DNA of 64,000 nucleotides from an uncultured Chloroflexia bacterium (GTDB lineage Bacteria; Chloroflexota; Limnocylindria; QHBO01): NCBI GenBank assembly GCA_963773695.1, contig CAVZCE010000015.1, positions 46,744 to 110,743 of the forward strand, read 5' to 3'. Shown piece by piece: positions 48,934 to 57,977 of this stretch (position 1 is its first letter; each line of letters starts with the position of its first letter). The notes under the pieces were generated by a model. It saw only the letters and a program-made list of their open reading frames with translations, ran no database searches and was not told where the DNA came from. The position numbers and the translations under genes were made by a program.

Positions 48934-49990
48934 CAGATCCGGGGCCAGCGATGCCCCGGCATCAGCGCCGAGGCGCTGGGTGGTCTTCGCCAGCACCGCT
49001 GACAACCTCCTCGCCGACGACGCCATCGGCGTCAGCGACGTCTTCGTCCATGACCGGCTGACCGGCATCACCGAGCGCCTCGAGAGTGAGCTCCACCGGG
49101 GCCGAGGCCAATGGGGACAGCGACGGTGCCGCCATCAGCGCTGGCGGCCGCTGCGTCGTCTTCCGCTCCGGTGCCACCAATCTCGTGTCGGGCGACACCA
49201 ACGGGGTCAGTGACGTCTTCGTCCGTGACCGCGCCACCGGGACTACCACTAGGTTCAGCCTGGCCGACGATGGATCGCAGGCTTCGGGCGCCAGCGACGC
49301 ATGAACCATCAGCGCCGACGGCCGCTACGTGGCATTCTTTCGGGCGCCACCAACTTCGTGCGCGGCGTCACCAACGGAGCCTCCGATGCTTCGTGCGCGA
49401 TCGGCTGTCCGGTACTATCCAGGCGGATGGTCGGCCGACTCAGTGGAGTCGCTGGCACGAGGGCGAACGCGACCTGCCATAACAGCCGATCCTGAGCTCC
49501 GACCGGGACTTCCTCTGGCAGGCCGCCGACGTCGTTCTGGCAATACGATGCGCTGTTGCCGCCGTCTTCGCCGGGACGTCTCGGCCGGTATCACCAGCCG
49601 GGTCTCGGTCGATTCGTCCGAGGCGCAGGCCAACGGCGCCAGCGGCGCTCCGGCCACCAGCGCCGACGGTCGCTACGTGGTCTTCCGCTCCGACGCCACC
49701 AACCTCGTCAGCGGCGACACCAACGGTGTCTCTGACGTCTTTGTCCGCGACCTGACCGCCGGCGACACCAGCCGCGCCTCGGTCGATTCGTCTGAGGCGC
49801 AGGCCAACGGCGCAAGCGACGCACCAACCATCAGTGCCGACGGCGGCCTGGTGGGCTTCGTCTCGGATGCCACTAACCTAGTGTCCGGCGACACGAACGG
49901 GTTTGCCGACGTCTTCGTCCGCGACCTGACCGCCGGCACCACCAGCCGCGCGTCGGTTGATGGCTCAGGCACCCAGGCCGACGGCGCTAG
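48934..49990 (+). pseudogene. Decayed PD40/TolB-like beta-propeller repeat block within the rhs locus; multiple frame changes and an internal stop
   Basis: The repeat motif …SADGRYVVFRSDATNLVSGDTNGVSDVFVRD… is found in three different frames (ORFs 48272-49213, 49086-49304, 49329-…); a TGA at 49302; a garbled repeat at 49305-49560. Confidence 0.55.
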
Positions 49991-51368
49991 CGATTCCCCT
50001 CGATGCCGACTCCGTGGCGGTGGCCTACGCCGCGGAGGCCACCGACCTGGTGGCCGACGACACCAATGCGGCGACCGATGTCTTCGTCCACGGTGCCCTG
50101 GCGGCGACCACGACCTACACCTACGACGATGTCTGCAGCATCAGACGGGCGTCTGCTTCGACGCGGCCTGCGCCGCGAGCCTGACCTACACCTACGACCC
50201 GGTCGGCAATCGCCTGACCCAGGTCGCACCGGGCGGAGAGACCAACTACGCCTACGACGACGCCGATGAGCTGACCACCGTCACCGACCCGCCCAGCGTG
50301 GTAACCAACTACACCTACGACGACGCCGGGCGCCAGACCGCGGCCGGCGCGGACACGTTTGCCTATGACGACGCCAACCGGCTGACCAGTGCCACCGTGG
50401 CTGGGGTGGAGCACACCTACACCTACGCCGGCGACGGCCGACGCCTGAGCGCCACCGACGACGGAACCACCACCGACTTCGTGTGGGACCGCAACTTCGG
50501 GCTGCCCCAGCTGGTCACCGAGACCGACAGCTCGGGTACCAGCCTGCGCGACTACACCTATGGCTGGGGGCTCACCCCTGTGAGCGTGACGGCAGGCAGT
50601 GCCACCAGTTACCTGGGCACCGATGCCCTGGGCAGCGTCCTGGCCACCAGCGACGCGGACGGCGCGGCCAAGGCCACCACCACCTACCAGCCCTTCGGCG
50701 CCGTCCTGACGGTCACCCAGGCCGACGCCACGGCGGCCGACAACCCCATGGGCTTCAGCGGCCAGTACCTCGACCCCACCGGCCTCTACCACCTGCGGGC
50801 CCGCCAGTATGACCCGAGCACCGGGCGCTTCCTGACCACCGACCCGCTGGCCGCGGCTGTGGGAGACCCCTACGTGGTGAGCTACGTGTATGGACGGGAG
50901 AATCCAGTCCGCTACACAGATCCCAGCGGCAGATTCACGGTGGGAGCGTGCGCCAATATCAGCTTCAACATCTTCGGACTCGGTATCCAGGTCGGCGGGT
51001 GTATCGTTGTGGCGTCCAGCGGCCAGGTTGGGGTTACCGGCACGGCCGGCGGTGGAGGGAGCGTAGGTGCCAGCGTGAGCGCCGGGGTTAGTGGCCAGAT
51101 CTCGAACGCTGATTACATTCAAGATCTTGCTGGTCCGTTCTACGAGGCTGGGGGGTCTGCTGACGTCCTTGGCGGCATTCAGGGCTCCGCCTTCGGTGGC
51201 AAGGGGCAGTGCGGACAGCCCATCGGTGGTGCTAGTGGTGGTCTGTCGGTTGGTGCAGGGGCCGAGGCGCACGGCTTGGCTACTTTGACCGGGACGCTTG
51301 CTCTTGGCGCCTCGCGACCCTCTTGTCCTGCCCCCACGACAACGTCGACCAGTAGCACCGGGAAGTAG
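49990..51368 (+). CDS. Rhs C-terminal segment: YD repeats, RHS-associated core (…GFSGQYLDPTGLYHLRARQYDPSTGRFLTTDPL…YVYGRENPVRYTDPSG) and a roughly 145 aa Gly-rich C-terminal tip (polymorphic-toxin CT position)
   Basis: A continuous frame from the PD40 block reaches a TAG at 51366. The conserved core ends with the DPSG motif. The C-terminal tip (RFTVGACANISFNIFGLGIQVGGCIVV…GGGGSVGASVSAGVSG…) has no recognisable family. Confidence 0.65.
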
Positions 51369-51377
51369 GAGGGCGGG

Positions 51378-51599
51378 GTGCGCAGACGTCCACGTTGGCA
51401 GGACTGGGCGTATTTCGCTGGTGCCGCGGGTCTGATCGTGGTCGCCATCTGGCGGCTGGCGTTGCCCGTTAGCTACCCACCTGGAGACATTCGGGGTGAG
51501 GTTTGGTTCAACCCGCTCACGAGCGGGGTTGCCGTTCTCTTGGCGGGCATCTTGCTGGTCGCAGGCGTGATGCGCCAGAGGGGCGGAGGGGACGACTGA
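51378..51599 (+). CDS. Putative cognate immunity protein: 73 aa, two transmembrane helices
   Basis: GTG start 10 nt after the toxin stop with an AGGAGGG Shine-Dalgarno. The helices are …FAGAAGLIVVAIW… and …GVAVLLAGILLVAGV…. The position is classic for a polymorphic-toxin immunity gene. Confidence 0.5.
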   Translation: MRRRPRWQDWAYFAGAAGLIVVAIWRLALPVSYPPGDIRGEVWFNPLTSGVAVLLAGILLVAGVMRQRGGGDD

Positions 51600-52649
51600 G
51601 ATCGTCAACGGCACCGCCGTCCCCTTCCGCTCGGACCCTACCAACCTACTATCCGGTGACATGCACGCGTCGAGTGACTACGCCTACGACGACGCCGATG
51701 AGCTGACCACCGTCACCGACCCGCCCAGCGTCGTGACCAGCTACACCTACGACGACGCCGGGCGCCAGACCGCGGCCGGCGCCGACACGTTCGCCTACGA
51801 CGACGCCAACCGGCTGGTCAGCGCCACGCTGGGCGGGGTGGTGCACACCTACACCTACGCCGGTGATGGCCGACGCCTGAGCGCCACCGACGACGGAACC
51901 ACCACCGACTTCGTGTGGGATCTCAACTCCGGCCTGCCCCAGTTGGCGACCGAGACGACCAGCGCCGGCGGCAGCCTGCGCGACTACACCTACGGCTGGG
52001 GGCTCACTCCCGTGGGCTTGACCACCGCCAGCGTCACCAGCTACCTGAGCACCGATGCCCTGGGCAGCGTGCTGGCCACCAGCGACGCGGGCGGCGCGGC
52101 ACAGACCGCCACCAGCTACCAGCCCTTCGGCGCGGTACTGACCGCCAGCCAGACCGATCCCAGTGCTCCCCCCAGCCCCATGGGCTTCACGGGTCAGTAC
52201 GTCGACCCCACCGGCCTCTACCACCTGCGGGCCCGCCAGTATGACCCGGCGACCGGTCGCTTCCTGACCACCGATCCGCTTGGCCCTACCGGTTCCGGCC
52301 TGGCCTCCCTCTACGCCTACGGGTCCAACAGCCCCTGCGCTTCACGGATCCGTCTGGCCTCTGCGACTGGTTCGGCTGCATCGGCGACGCCTGGAATGCT
52401 GCAACTACTGCCGTCGGGAGTGCTGCGGGATGGGTTGGGAACAACGCGAATGCGATTTTCGCGGCGACGGGCTATCGCTACATCCGAGCCCGCCGTCTCG
52501 AGCGCCGCCAATTGCAGAAGTGGGTCGAGAATCGTTCGGACGGAATCGACGAGGCGCCGCTTTCCTCCGACCGCGACTTTGTGCTCCAGATCGCTGCTGC
52601 CCTACTCGTCACGATCTGGGTTGTGCTCAACGTGTCCATCGCAGCGTGA
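51600..52649 (+). pseudogene. Displaced (orphan) rhs C-terminal cassette: PD40 remnant, YD repeats, RHS core and an alternative C-terminal tip; needs a 1 nt frame shift near 52335 to read …NPLRFTDPSGL
   Basis: The segment 51679-52272 is about 85% identical at protein level to 50247-50840 and diverges just before the DPxGL motif. After a shift it reads YAYGSNSP|LRFTDPSGLCDWFGCIGDAWNAATTAVGSAAGWVGNNANAIF…LLVTIWVVLNVSIAA* (stop at 52647-52649). There is no start codon or N-terminus. Confidence 0.6.
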
Positions 52650-53060
52650 ACGGACCGCCACGCGGCCAGATCACAACCTCGGCCCGCCAGTCCGAGACGA
52701 AACGGAAGGTGATGGTGTCGCCACGCAGCTGCATGCCGGCCTCGGCACGTTTGAGGGGTGGGTAGCCGAGACGGCGTCGTCCTGTGCGGCTGATGCGGAA
52801 GATCAAGGGTGCACCACCGCGTTCGACGGGAGGCAGGGCCGTGCGTTCGACGAGGCTGCATGCCACAGGCGCATGAGCTTGAGCTGGGTCGTCTGGCGAC
52901 GACGGTAGACGAGGGTGGTCAGATGGCTGGTGGTGGCCACCTTGGCGCGGACGAGAAGGGGCAGGGCTGCCCGTTCGCGCGTGGAGAGCGCTAGGAGATC
53001 GAGGCGACGAACGTGTGCACCGTGATACGCACGGAAGGAGCCGAGCACTAGCGTGCTCCC
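52627..53060 (-). pseudogene. Replication-relaxation (RepRel) family gene remnant, frameshifted and truncated
   Basis: The winged-helix N-terminus LSTRERAALPLLVRAKVATTSHLTTLVYRRRQTTQLKLMRLWHAA is a good RepRel match, continuing in another frame (…LVERTALPPVERGGAPLIFRISRTGRRRLG…); only about 145 aa are recoverable. Confidence 0.45.
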
Positions 53061-53292
53061 TTCCCGGACCCCGCACGGTCCGAGCGTGGAGAGCGGGGCA
53101 GGGACCCCGGCGCCGATGCCCCCCTCCCGCGACCCTCCGCGCGCCACTCCGCTGCCGGGTTCCCTGCACGGTTGGAGGCTGCAGGGAGGAGTTCCCGGTT
53201 TCGGGCACACCAACAGGACCACCGCACCGCGCCGGCCTGGCCTCGGCGTCCATCGTGGACGCCGCTCATCTGGCGGATCGATCCTGAGAGGG

Positions 53293-53583
53293 TCAGCGAC
53301 CCCGCCTCCGGCGCGCCGCCCGCGTCCTGCGGGCCAGCGCACTGGCACGCGCCAGGCGAGCGAAGTAGGCGGCCCGCAGGTGCGACGCCCGCCGTCGACG
53401 CTCGCCAGCCGGCAGGCATCCATCCGGGTCGACCTCCCGCTCGAAGCGAGCCAGGAAGGCGGCCCGCGCCGGAGCGGTTAGCACTCGGCTGTCGTGGCGG
53501 GCATGAAGCAGGTAGGCCCCGATCCGACCCCGCAGGGCCAGGTCGGTCCGATCCATGCCGCCCGTCCGCCGTCGCCTCGCCAT
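53293..53583 (-). CDS. Hypothetical Arg-rich small protein
   Basis: MARRRRTGGMDRTDLALRGRIGAYLLHARHDSRVLTAPARAAFLARFEREVDPDGCLPAGERRRRASHLRAAYFARLARASALARR; no family assigned. Confidence 0.25.
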   Translation of the reverse strand: MARRRRTGGMDRTDLALRGRIGAYLLHARHDSRVLTAPARAAFLARFEREVDPDGCLPAGERRRRASHLRAAYFARLARASALARRTRAARRRRGR

Positions 53584-53683
53584 TCCGCTGTCCTCTTCAG
53601 TCCACCGTCCGATGTTCGTGTCGGGGCTCCTGGTCAAGTCCCAGGACGTGGTGTAACAGAGCGGCATCCTCACGTCTGGTCCG

Positions 53684-54396
53684 TCAGCTCGCGATGAGCA
53701 GCGCCTGGCCCACCTCCTCTCGTTCGGGGCCGTTGATGGCGGCCATCGTCTCGGGCCGGAAGTAGCGCCGCCCGTCCTGCCACTCGTCGTCCTGTTCGGC
53801 CAGGATCATGCCCACCAGCCGAATGACCGAGCCCCGGTTGGGGAAGATGCCGACCACCGCGGTGCGGCGCTTGATCTCCTTGTTCAGGCGCTCGAGCGGG
53901 TTCGTGCTGCGGATCTGGCGGCGATGGATCTCGGGGAAGGCGAAGTGGACCAGCAGGTCCGGCTCGGCGCTGGTGAGCAGCTCGGCGACGGCATCGAAGC
54001 GTGGCCGCAGGCCGTCGATGACCCGGTCCAACTGCTCGCGGGCGGCGCGCCCGTCGGGCTGCTCGAAGACGATCTGGATGGCCGAGGCCACCATGCTCCG
54101 CGCCGAGCGCGGCACCAGGTCCTGGGCATTGCGGGTGAGGTGCACCCGGCAGCGTTGCCAGGAGGCACCCAGCAGCTGCTCGCGGACAGCCTTGACCAGC
54201 CCGGCGTGGTCGTCGCTGATCACCAGGCGCACCCCGCCCAGGCCGCGCTCGACCAGGGAGCGCACGAAGCGCGGCCAGGCCGATGCCCTCGTCGTTGCCG
54301 GTGGCCAGCTCCAGGCCCAGCACCCGGCGCTCGCCCATGGCCGCCACCCCGATCGCCACCAGCACCGCCATCGACACCACGCGCCCCGCCTCGCGC
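53684..54396 (-). pseudogene. IS256-family transposase, exon 2 (C-terminal roughly 235 aa), with an additional 1 nt frameshift near 54290
   Basis: YLKVREAGRVVSMAVLVAIGV…LGLELATGNDEGIG then shifts into …WPRFVRSLVERGLGGVRLVISDDHAGLVKAV…CRVHLTRN… (DDE region). Confidence 0.65.
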
Positions 54397-54470
54397 ACCT
54401 TGAGGTAGTAGGGTCGGACCGGGGCGCGGTGGCGGCCTTGCGGCCGCTCCGTCTCCCCGGCCCGCCCTCC

Positions 54471-54504
54471 GAACCGGACGTGCGCGTTGCCACGCATCCG
54501 GCTC
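54471..54504 (-). ncRNA. Group II intron domain V (catalytic hairpin)
   Basis: Minus strand GAGCCGGAUGCGUG-GCAA-CGCGC(AC)GUCCGGUUC. It has the AGC triad, a 10 plus 4 bp helix with the conserved 2 nt AC bulge and a GNRA loop, 18 nt after the RT/maturase ORF stop; a second GCAA-capped hairpin (putative domain VI) follows. Confidence 0.8.
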
Positions 54505-54521
54505 TCCACGACCTCATGCCG

Positions 54522-55965
54522 TCAGGCGTGTCGCTGATCCCTGGCGTGCTCAGCCCACGGCGAGGGGATGTGTGCGCCCCGATAGCGGTAGCGGCTGACC
54601 GTCACCGCGCTCGGGTCGAACAGCGTCACCTCGTCCTCCGTCGGCCACCACCCCGGAAGGTAGCGCCGTCGCAGCTGCTTCCAGTTGGCGCGGAGATGCT
54701 TGTGGCGGAGCCAGGCGACCACCCGCCGCCAGACGAAGGCGCGCAGATAGCTGAAGGTCCGCTTCGACACCCCGTGCCGGAAGTAGGCGGTCCAGCCTCG
54801 CAGCACCGGGTTGAGCCGGTGCAGGAGGATGCTGAGCGACAGGTCCGTCGCCCCTCGGGTCAGCGCTCGCACCTTGGCCTTGACCGTCGCGAGGGCGGTC
54901 TTGGTCGGGTAGGTGTAGACGAAACGCTGACCCGTGCCTCGCTTGAGCTGCCGCACGATGCGGAAGCCCAGGAAGTCGAAGCCCTCGTCGATGTGGCGCG
55001 ATCCTCGTCTTCTCGTCCGACAGGCGCAGGCCCATCGGCGCGAGCACCGCTGCCACCTCGTCGCGCAACGCCTCGGCATGGGCGCGGGTGCCGGCCACGA
55101 GCACGACGAAGTCGTCCGCATAGCGGACGAGCCGGTAGGTGGCCAGCCCCCGGCGCCGCCGCTGCTGGCGTGCGCCCGAGTGCGCCCCCATCGCCGCCCA
55201 GGCTGCGACGAAGTGCTCGTCGAGGACCGAGAGGGCGATGTTGGCGAGCAGCGGTGAGAGGATGCCGCCCTGCGGGGTGCCGGTGGCCGTGTCCCGCTCG
55301 ACGCCATCCTCACCGAGGATGCCGGCTCGCAGGAAGGCCTTGACCAGCGCCAGGACGCGCCTGTCTCCGATCCGAGCTCGCACCCGGTCCATGAGGGCCG
55401 GGTGGTCGATCTCATCGAAGCAGGCCGAGATGTCCGCATCGACCACCCACTCATAGGAGCGGCTGGTGAAGAGGTGGATCTCGGCGATCGCGTCCTGCGC
55501 CCGTCGCCCGGGCCGGAAGCCATACGAGCACGGCGCGAAGTCCGCCTCGAAGATCGGCTCGAGCACGAGCTTGAGCGCAGCCTGCACCACCCGGTCCCGG
55601 ACGGTCGGGATGCCCAGCCGGCGACGCTTGCCGCCGGGCTTGGGGATCATCCGCTCGCGAACCGGGATCGGGCGGAACGTGCGGGCACGAAGATCGGCCC
55701 GCAGCTCGGCGAGGAACGCTGCCTCGCCGCGCTCGGCTTCGATCGCATAGGCCGTCTGGCCGTCGATCCCTGCCGAGCGTGCGCCCCGGTTGCTCCGCAC
55801 CCGGCGCCATGCAACGAGCAGGAACGCCGGGTCAGCAACGAGGTTGAAGAGGTCGGCGAACCGACGCGTCGGATCGTCGATCGCCCATCGGTGCAGCTTG
55901 GTCTGCATCCGCAGTACCCGCCCCTCCGCCTCACGCGGCGTCGGCCACGGCGCGCCGGTGTTCAC
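54522..55965 (-). pseudogene. Group II intron-encoded protein (reverse transcriptase plus maturase X), interrupted by a 1 nt frameshift near 55000
   Basis: RT motifs (…RPIPVRERMIPKPGGKRRRLGIPTVRDRVVQ…, …YADDFVVL…) in frame 54550-55965; maturase X (IDEGFDFLGFRI…RGWTAYFRH…) in frame 54522-55523. The junction …SDEKTRIA/HIDEGF needs a -1 shift. Confidence 0.75.
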
Positions 55966-56567
55966 CGGCGACCTCCTGCCCCGCAGTCACCAATTCTGCG
56001 AGATCGCTGTCCTCCTTCGCCCTGTGGCCGGCTTTCCCGGCCTCCGACTACTCCGAGGACTCCGCCCCAGCCCGAAGCCATCAGCTGACGACGCGCCTGC
56101 CCGCTGCCAGGCGGCAGGGAGGGCGGCTTCGAGTTGGTTCCCACGTTCACCTCACGACCGATCGACGGGGGTGGTGCCCAGCTTTTCCCCTGCAGCCTCC
56201 GCCACGGATACGCCGCAGGCCTTCTCCGTGGCCCCTGCTCGGACGGGTATCGCGCCCGAGCGGAGCCGGCCGCCGGCAACTTCGACGACCGCCCTGCTGC
56301 TGCCCGGCCCAAATCCGCCAGGTTTGGAGCCGGTGTTCCTCGCTTGAGGGGGTTCCACCACTGGTTCAGATCGTCTTGCACCTTCCCGTCTCGCTTGCCG
56401 GACCCGGACCGTCTGGCGGTGCCGACCCGTTCCGTCGTTGTCGGGGCTGCTCCCACCCGATCCCTGCGTCTCCAGGGTCAGGCTGCCCCCAGCTTCACCG
56501 ACCTGCTGCGACAGGCCGGCGGTGGGCTCCTTCCGCCCGCTCGGTCATGTGGCGCCTCGTGGCGCAC

Positions 56568-57107
56568 GGTGGCATCGAGCCACAGGTAGGGGAAGGCCAT
56601 CTCGGCGAGCGAGCGGCCACGGAAGGTCTCGACCTCGGCGTCGAGCGCGGCGCACATGCGGCTGACCTCGCTCTTGCTGATGCCGTCGATGCCGAGGGCC
56701 CGCACCAGGTCGTCGACGCGGCGGGTGCTGACCCCGTTGAGGTAGGCCTCCTGGACCACCGCCAGCAGCGCTCGCTCGGCACGTCGCCGCGGCTCGAGCA
56801 GGCTGGGAAAGTAGGACCCGTCGCGCACGCGGGGGATGGCCAGCGCCACCGATCCGACCCGGGTATCCCAGCGCCGTTCGCGGTACCCGTTGCGGTGAGT
56901 CAGCCGGCGCTGCGGGTCGCGTTCACCCTTGGCCACCCCGGTCAGCTCGCTGACCTCGGCCTCCATGATCGCCTCGGCGAGGACGCGGACCCCCTCGCGC
57001 AGCAGGTCGAGATCGCCGTCGGCGCCCACCTTGCGCAGGGTGTCGAGCAGGGTCATGCTGGCATCGGCCACCGTGGTGTACCTCCTGTCGTCGGTCAGCA
57101 ACTCCAA
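56568..57107 (-). pseudogene. IS256-family transposase, exon 1 (N-terminal 180 aa) upstream of the intron
   Basis: MELLTDDRRYTT…GYRERRWDTRVGSVALAIPRVRDGSYFPSLLEPRRRAERALLAVVQEAYLNGVSTRRVDDL…FPYLWLDAT ends exactly at the intron 5' GUGCG. Confidence 0.7.
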
Positions 57108-57385
57108 CGACGTGAGGATGGCGCGGTGGCCGCTTCGTTGCTCGGCCTATCCGCTGTTACACCAAGTCTGGGGACCAACCGGGCTCCTGGCCCTGACGTC
57201 TGGGCCTCCCCAGAAGAGACGTGGTCAGCTCCCCTGAGAAGGACCGGCTCGGGGCCCGAACCCTCGACTCCTCGATGCTAGCCGCGCCGGCCGCCGAACG
57301 GAAGGGAAAGTGTGTACGTTCGGTGTGCGTTTGGTGTACGTCTGACCTGCGTCTGTCAGCCGAGTGGTTTACATATGTCCATGCC

Positions 57386-57604
57386 ATGACTGACACCGCA
57401 CTCTTCGGCGGCTCGGAGGTACGCCGGGCCATCCTGCGCACCTTCTTCCCCGGTCCCGGCGTCCTGTGCCACGTCCGCGAGCTGGCGGGCGAGCTCGGTC
57501 GCTCCGCCACGATCGTCTCCCAGGAGCTGGACCGGCTGGAACGGACCGCGATCCTGACCAGCGAGCGCATTGGCCGCGCGCGGCGCTACCGGCTGGCCCT
57601 GTGA
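57386..57604 (+). CDS. Small winged-helix (ArsR-like) DNA-binding protein next to integrase; possible island regulator or excision factor
   Basis: 72 aa; …VRRAILRTFFPGPGVLCHVRELAGELGRSATIVSQELDRLERTAIL…. Confidence 0.4.
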   Translation: MTDTALFGGSEVRRAILRTFFPGPGVLCHVRELAGELGRSATIVSQELDRLERTAILTSERIGRARRYRLAL

Positions 57605-57898
57605 GGGGTATCCGACCCCTCGACCACTCCCGCGCCGCTCCGTCGGCCAGCAGCTGGTCGACAGAGCGGACACTGGTTCGTGCTCAATGCGCGGGGGTCG
57701 CCAACTCCCACTCGCTAACGCTATCTGTGCCTCAGCCACGTATGGCCATCAGCGATGGCCGTGAGCCATCGGCTCACAGCGGCCTCGCGGTATAGAGCGA
57801 AGCGAGTTGCGTTTCGGGCTGGAGGCAGTTGAGCACGAATTCGTGTCGCGCTCATCGTCGCCCAAGTGACACCTATGGCGGTCGTGAGCGCGGTCGTA

Positions 57899-57948
57899 AG
57901 CGCGCCACCTGCGCGCCACCTGCGCGCCACCCGCGCGCCACCTGCGCG
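57899..57948. repeat. About 4.5 tandem copies of an 11 bp unit CGCGCCACCTG just downstream of the integrase 3' end
   Basis: gcgcgccacctgcgcgccacctgcgcgccacccgcgcgccacctgcgcgacc read directly. Confidence 0.6.
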
Positions 57949-57977
57949 ACCCCGTCCTTCTCAGGCGGGCACGGCCA

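Larger units (their letters stand above)
54397..56567 (-). mobile_element. Group II intron (2171 nt) inserted in the IS256 transposase ORF; 5' GUGCG, 3' …CUAC
   Basis: The 5' boundary on the minus strand reads GATGCCACC|GTGCGCCACGAGG. The 3' boundary reads …CCGACCCTAC|TACCTCAAGGTG, and joining the exons restores the transposase frame. Contains a reverse-transcriptase/maturase ORF and domain V. Confidence 0.8.
53633..57181 (-). mobile_element. IS256-family insertion sequence (1378 bp without intron) carrying a group II intron; imperfect roughly 27 bp terminal inverted repeats and an 8 bp target-site duplication GGCTCCTG (53625-53632 and 57182-57189)
   Basis: The inverted repeats GTCAAGTCCCAGGACGTGGTGTAACAG (left) and the reverse complement of the right end GGTCCCCAGACTTGGTGTAACAG were read directly; flanking 8 bp direct repeats. 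The transposase exons read …FPYLWLDAT | YLKVREAGRVVSMAV…. Confidence 0.7.

Noticed and set aside
52809-53481. Plus-strand ORFs between the rhs orphan cassette and the insertion sequence (52809-52994, 53015-53287, 53053-53481) as candidate immunity genes for the second C-terminal tip
   Set aside because: No hydrophobic or recognisable features, and they are antisense to the RepRel remnant, which gives a far better protein match. A cognate immunity gene for the second tip therefore appears absent or lost.
57899-57948. CRISPR array
   Set aside because: The units are 11 bp and contiguous with no spacers; no cas genes are present. It is a simple tandem repeat.
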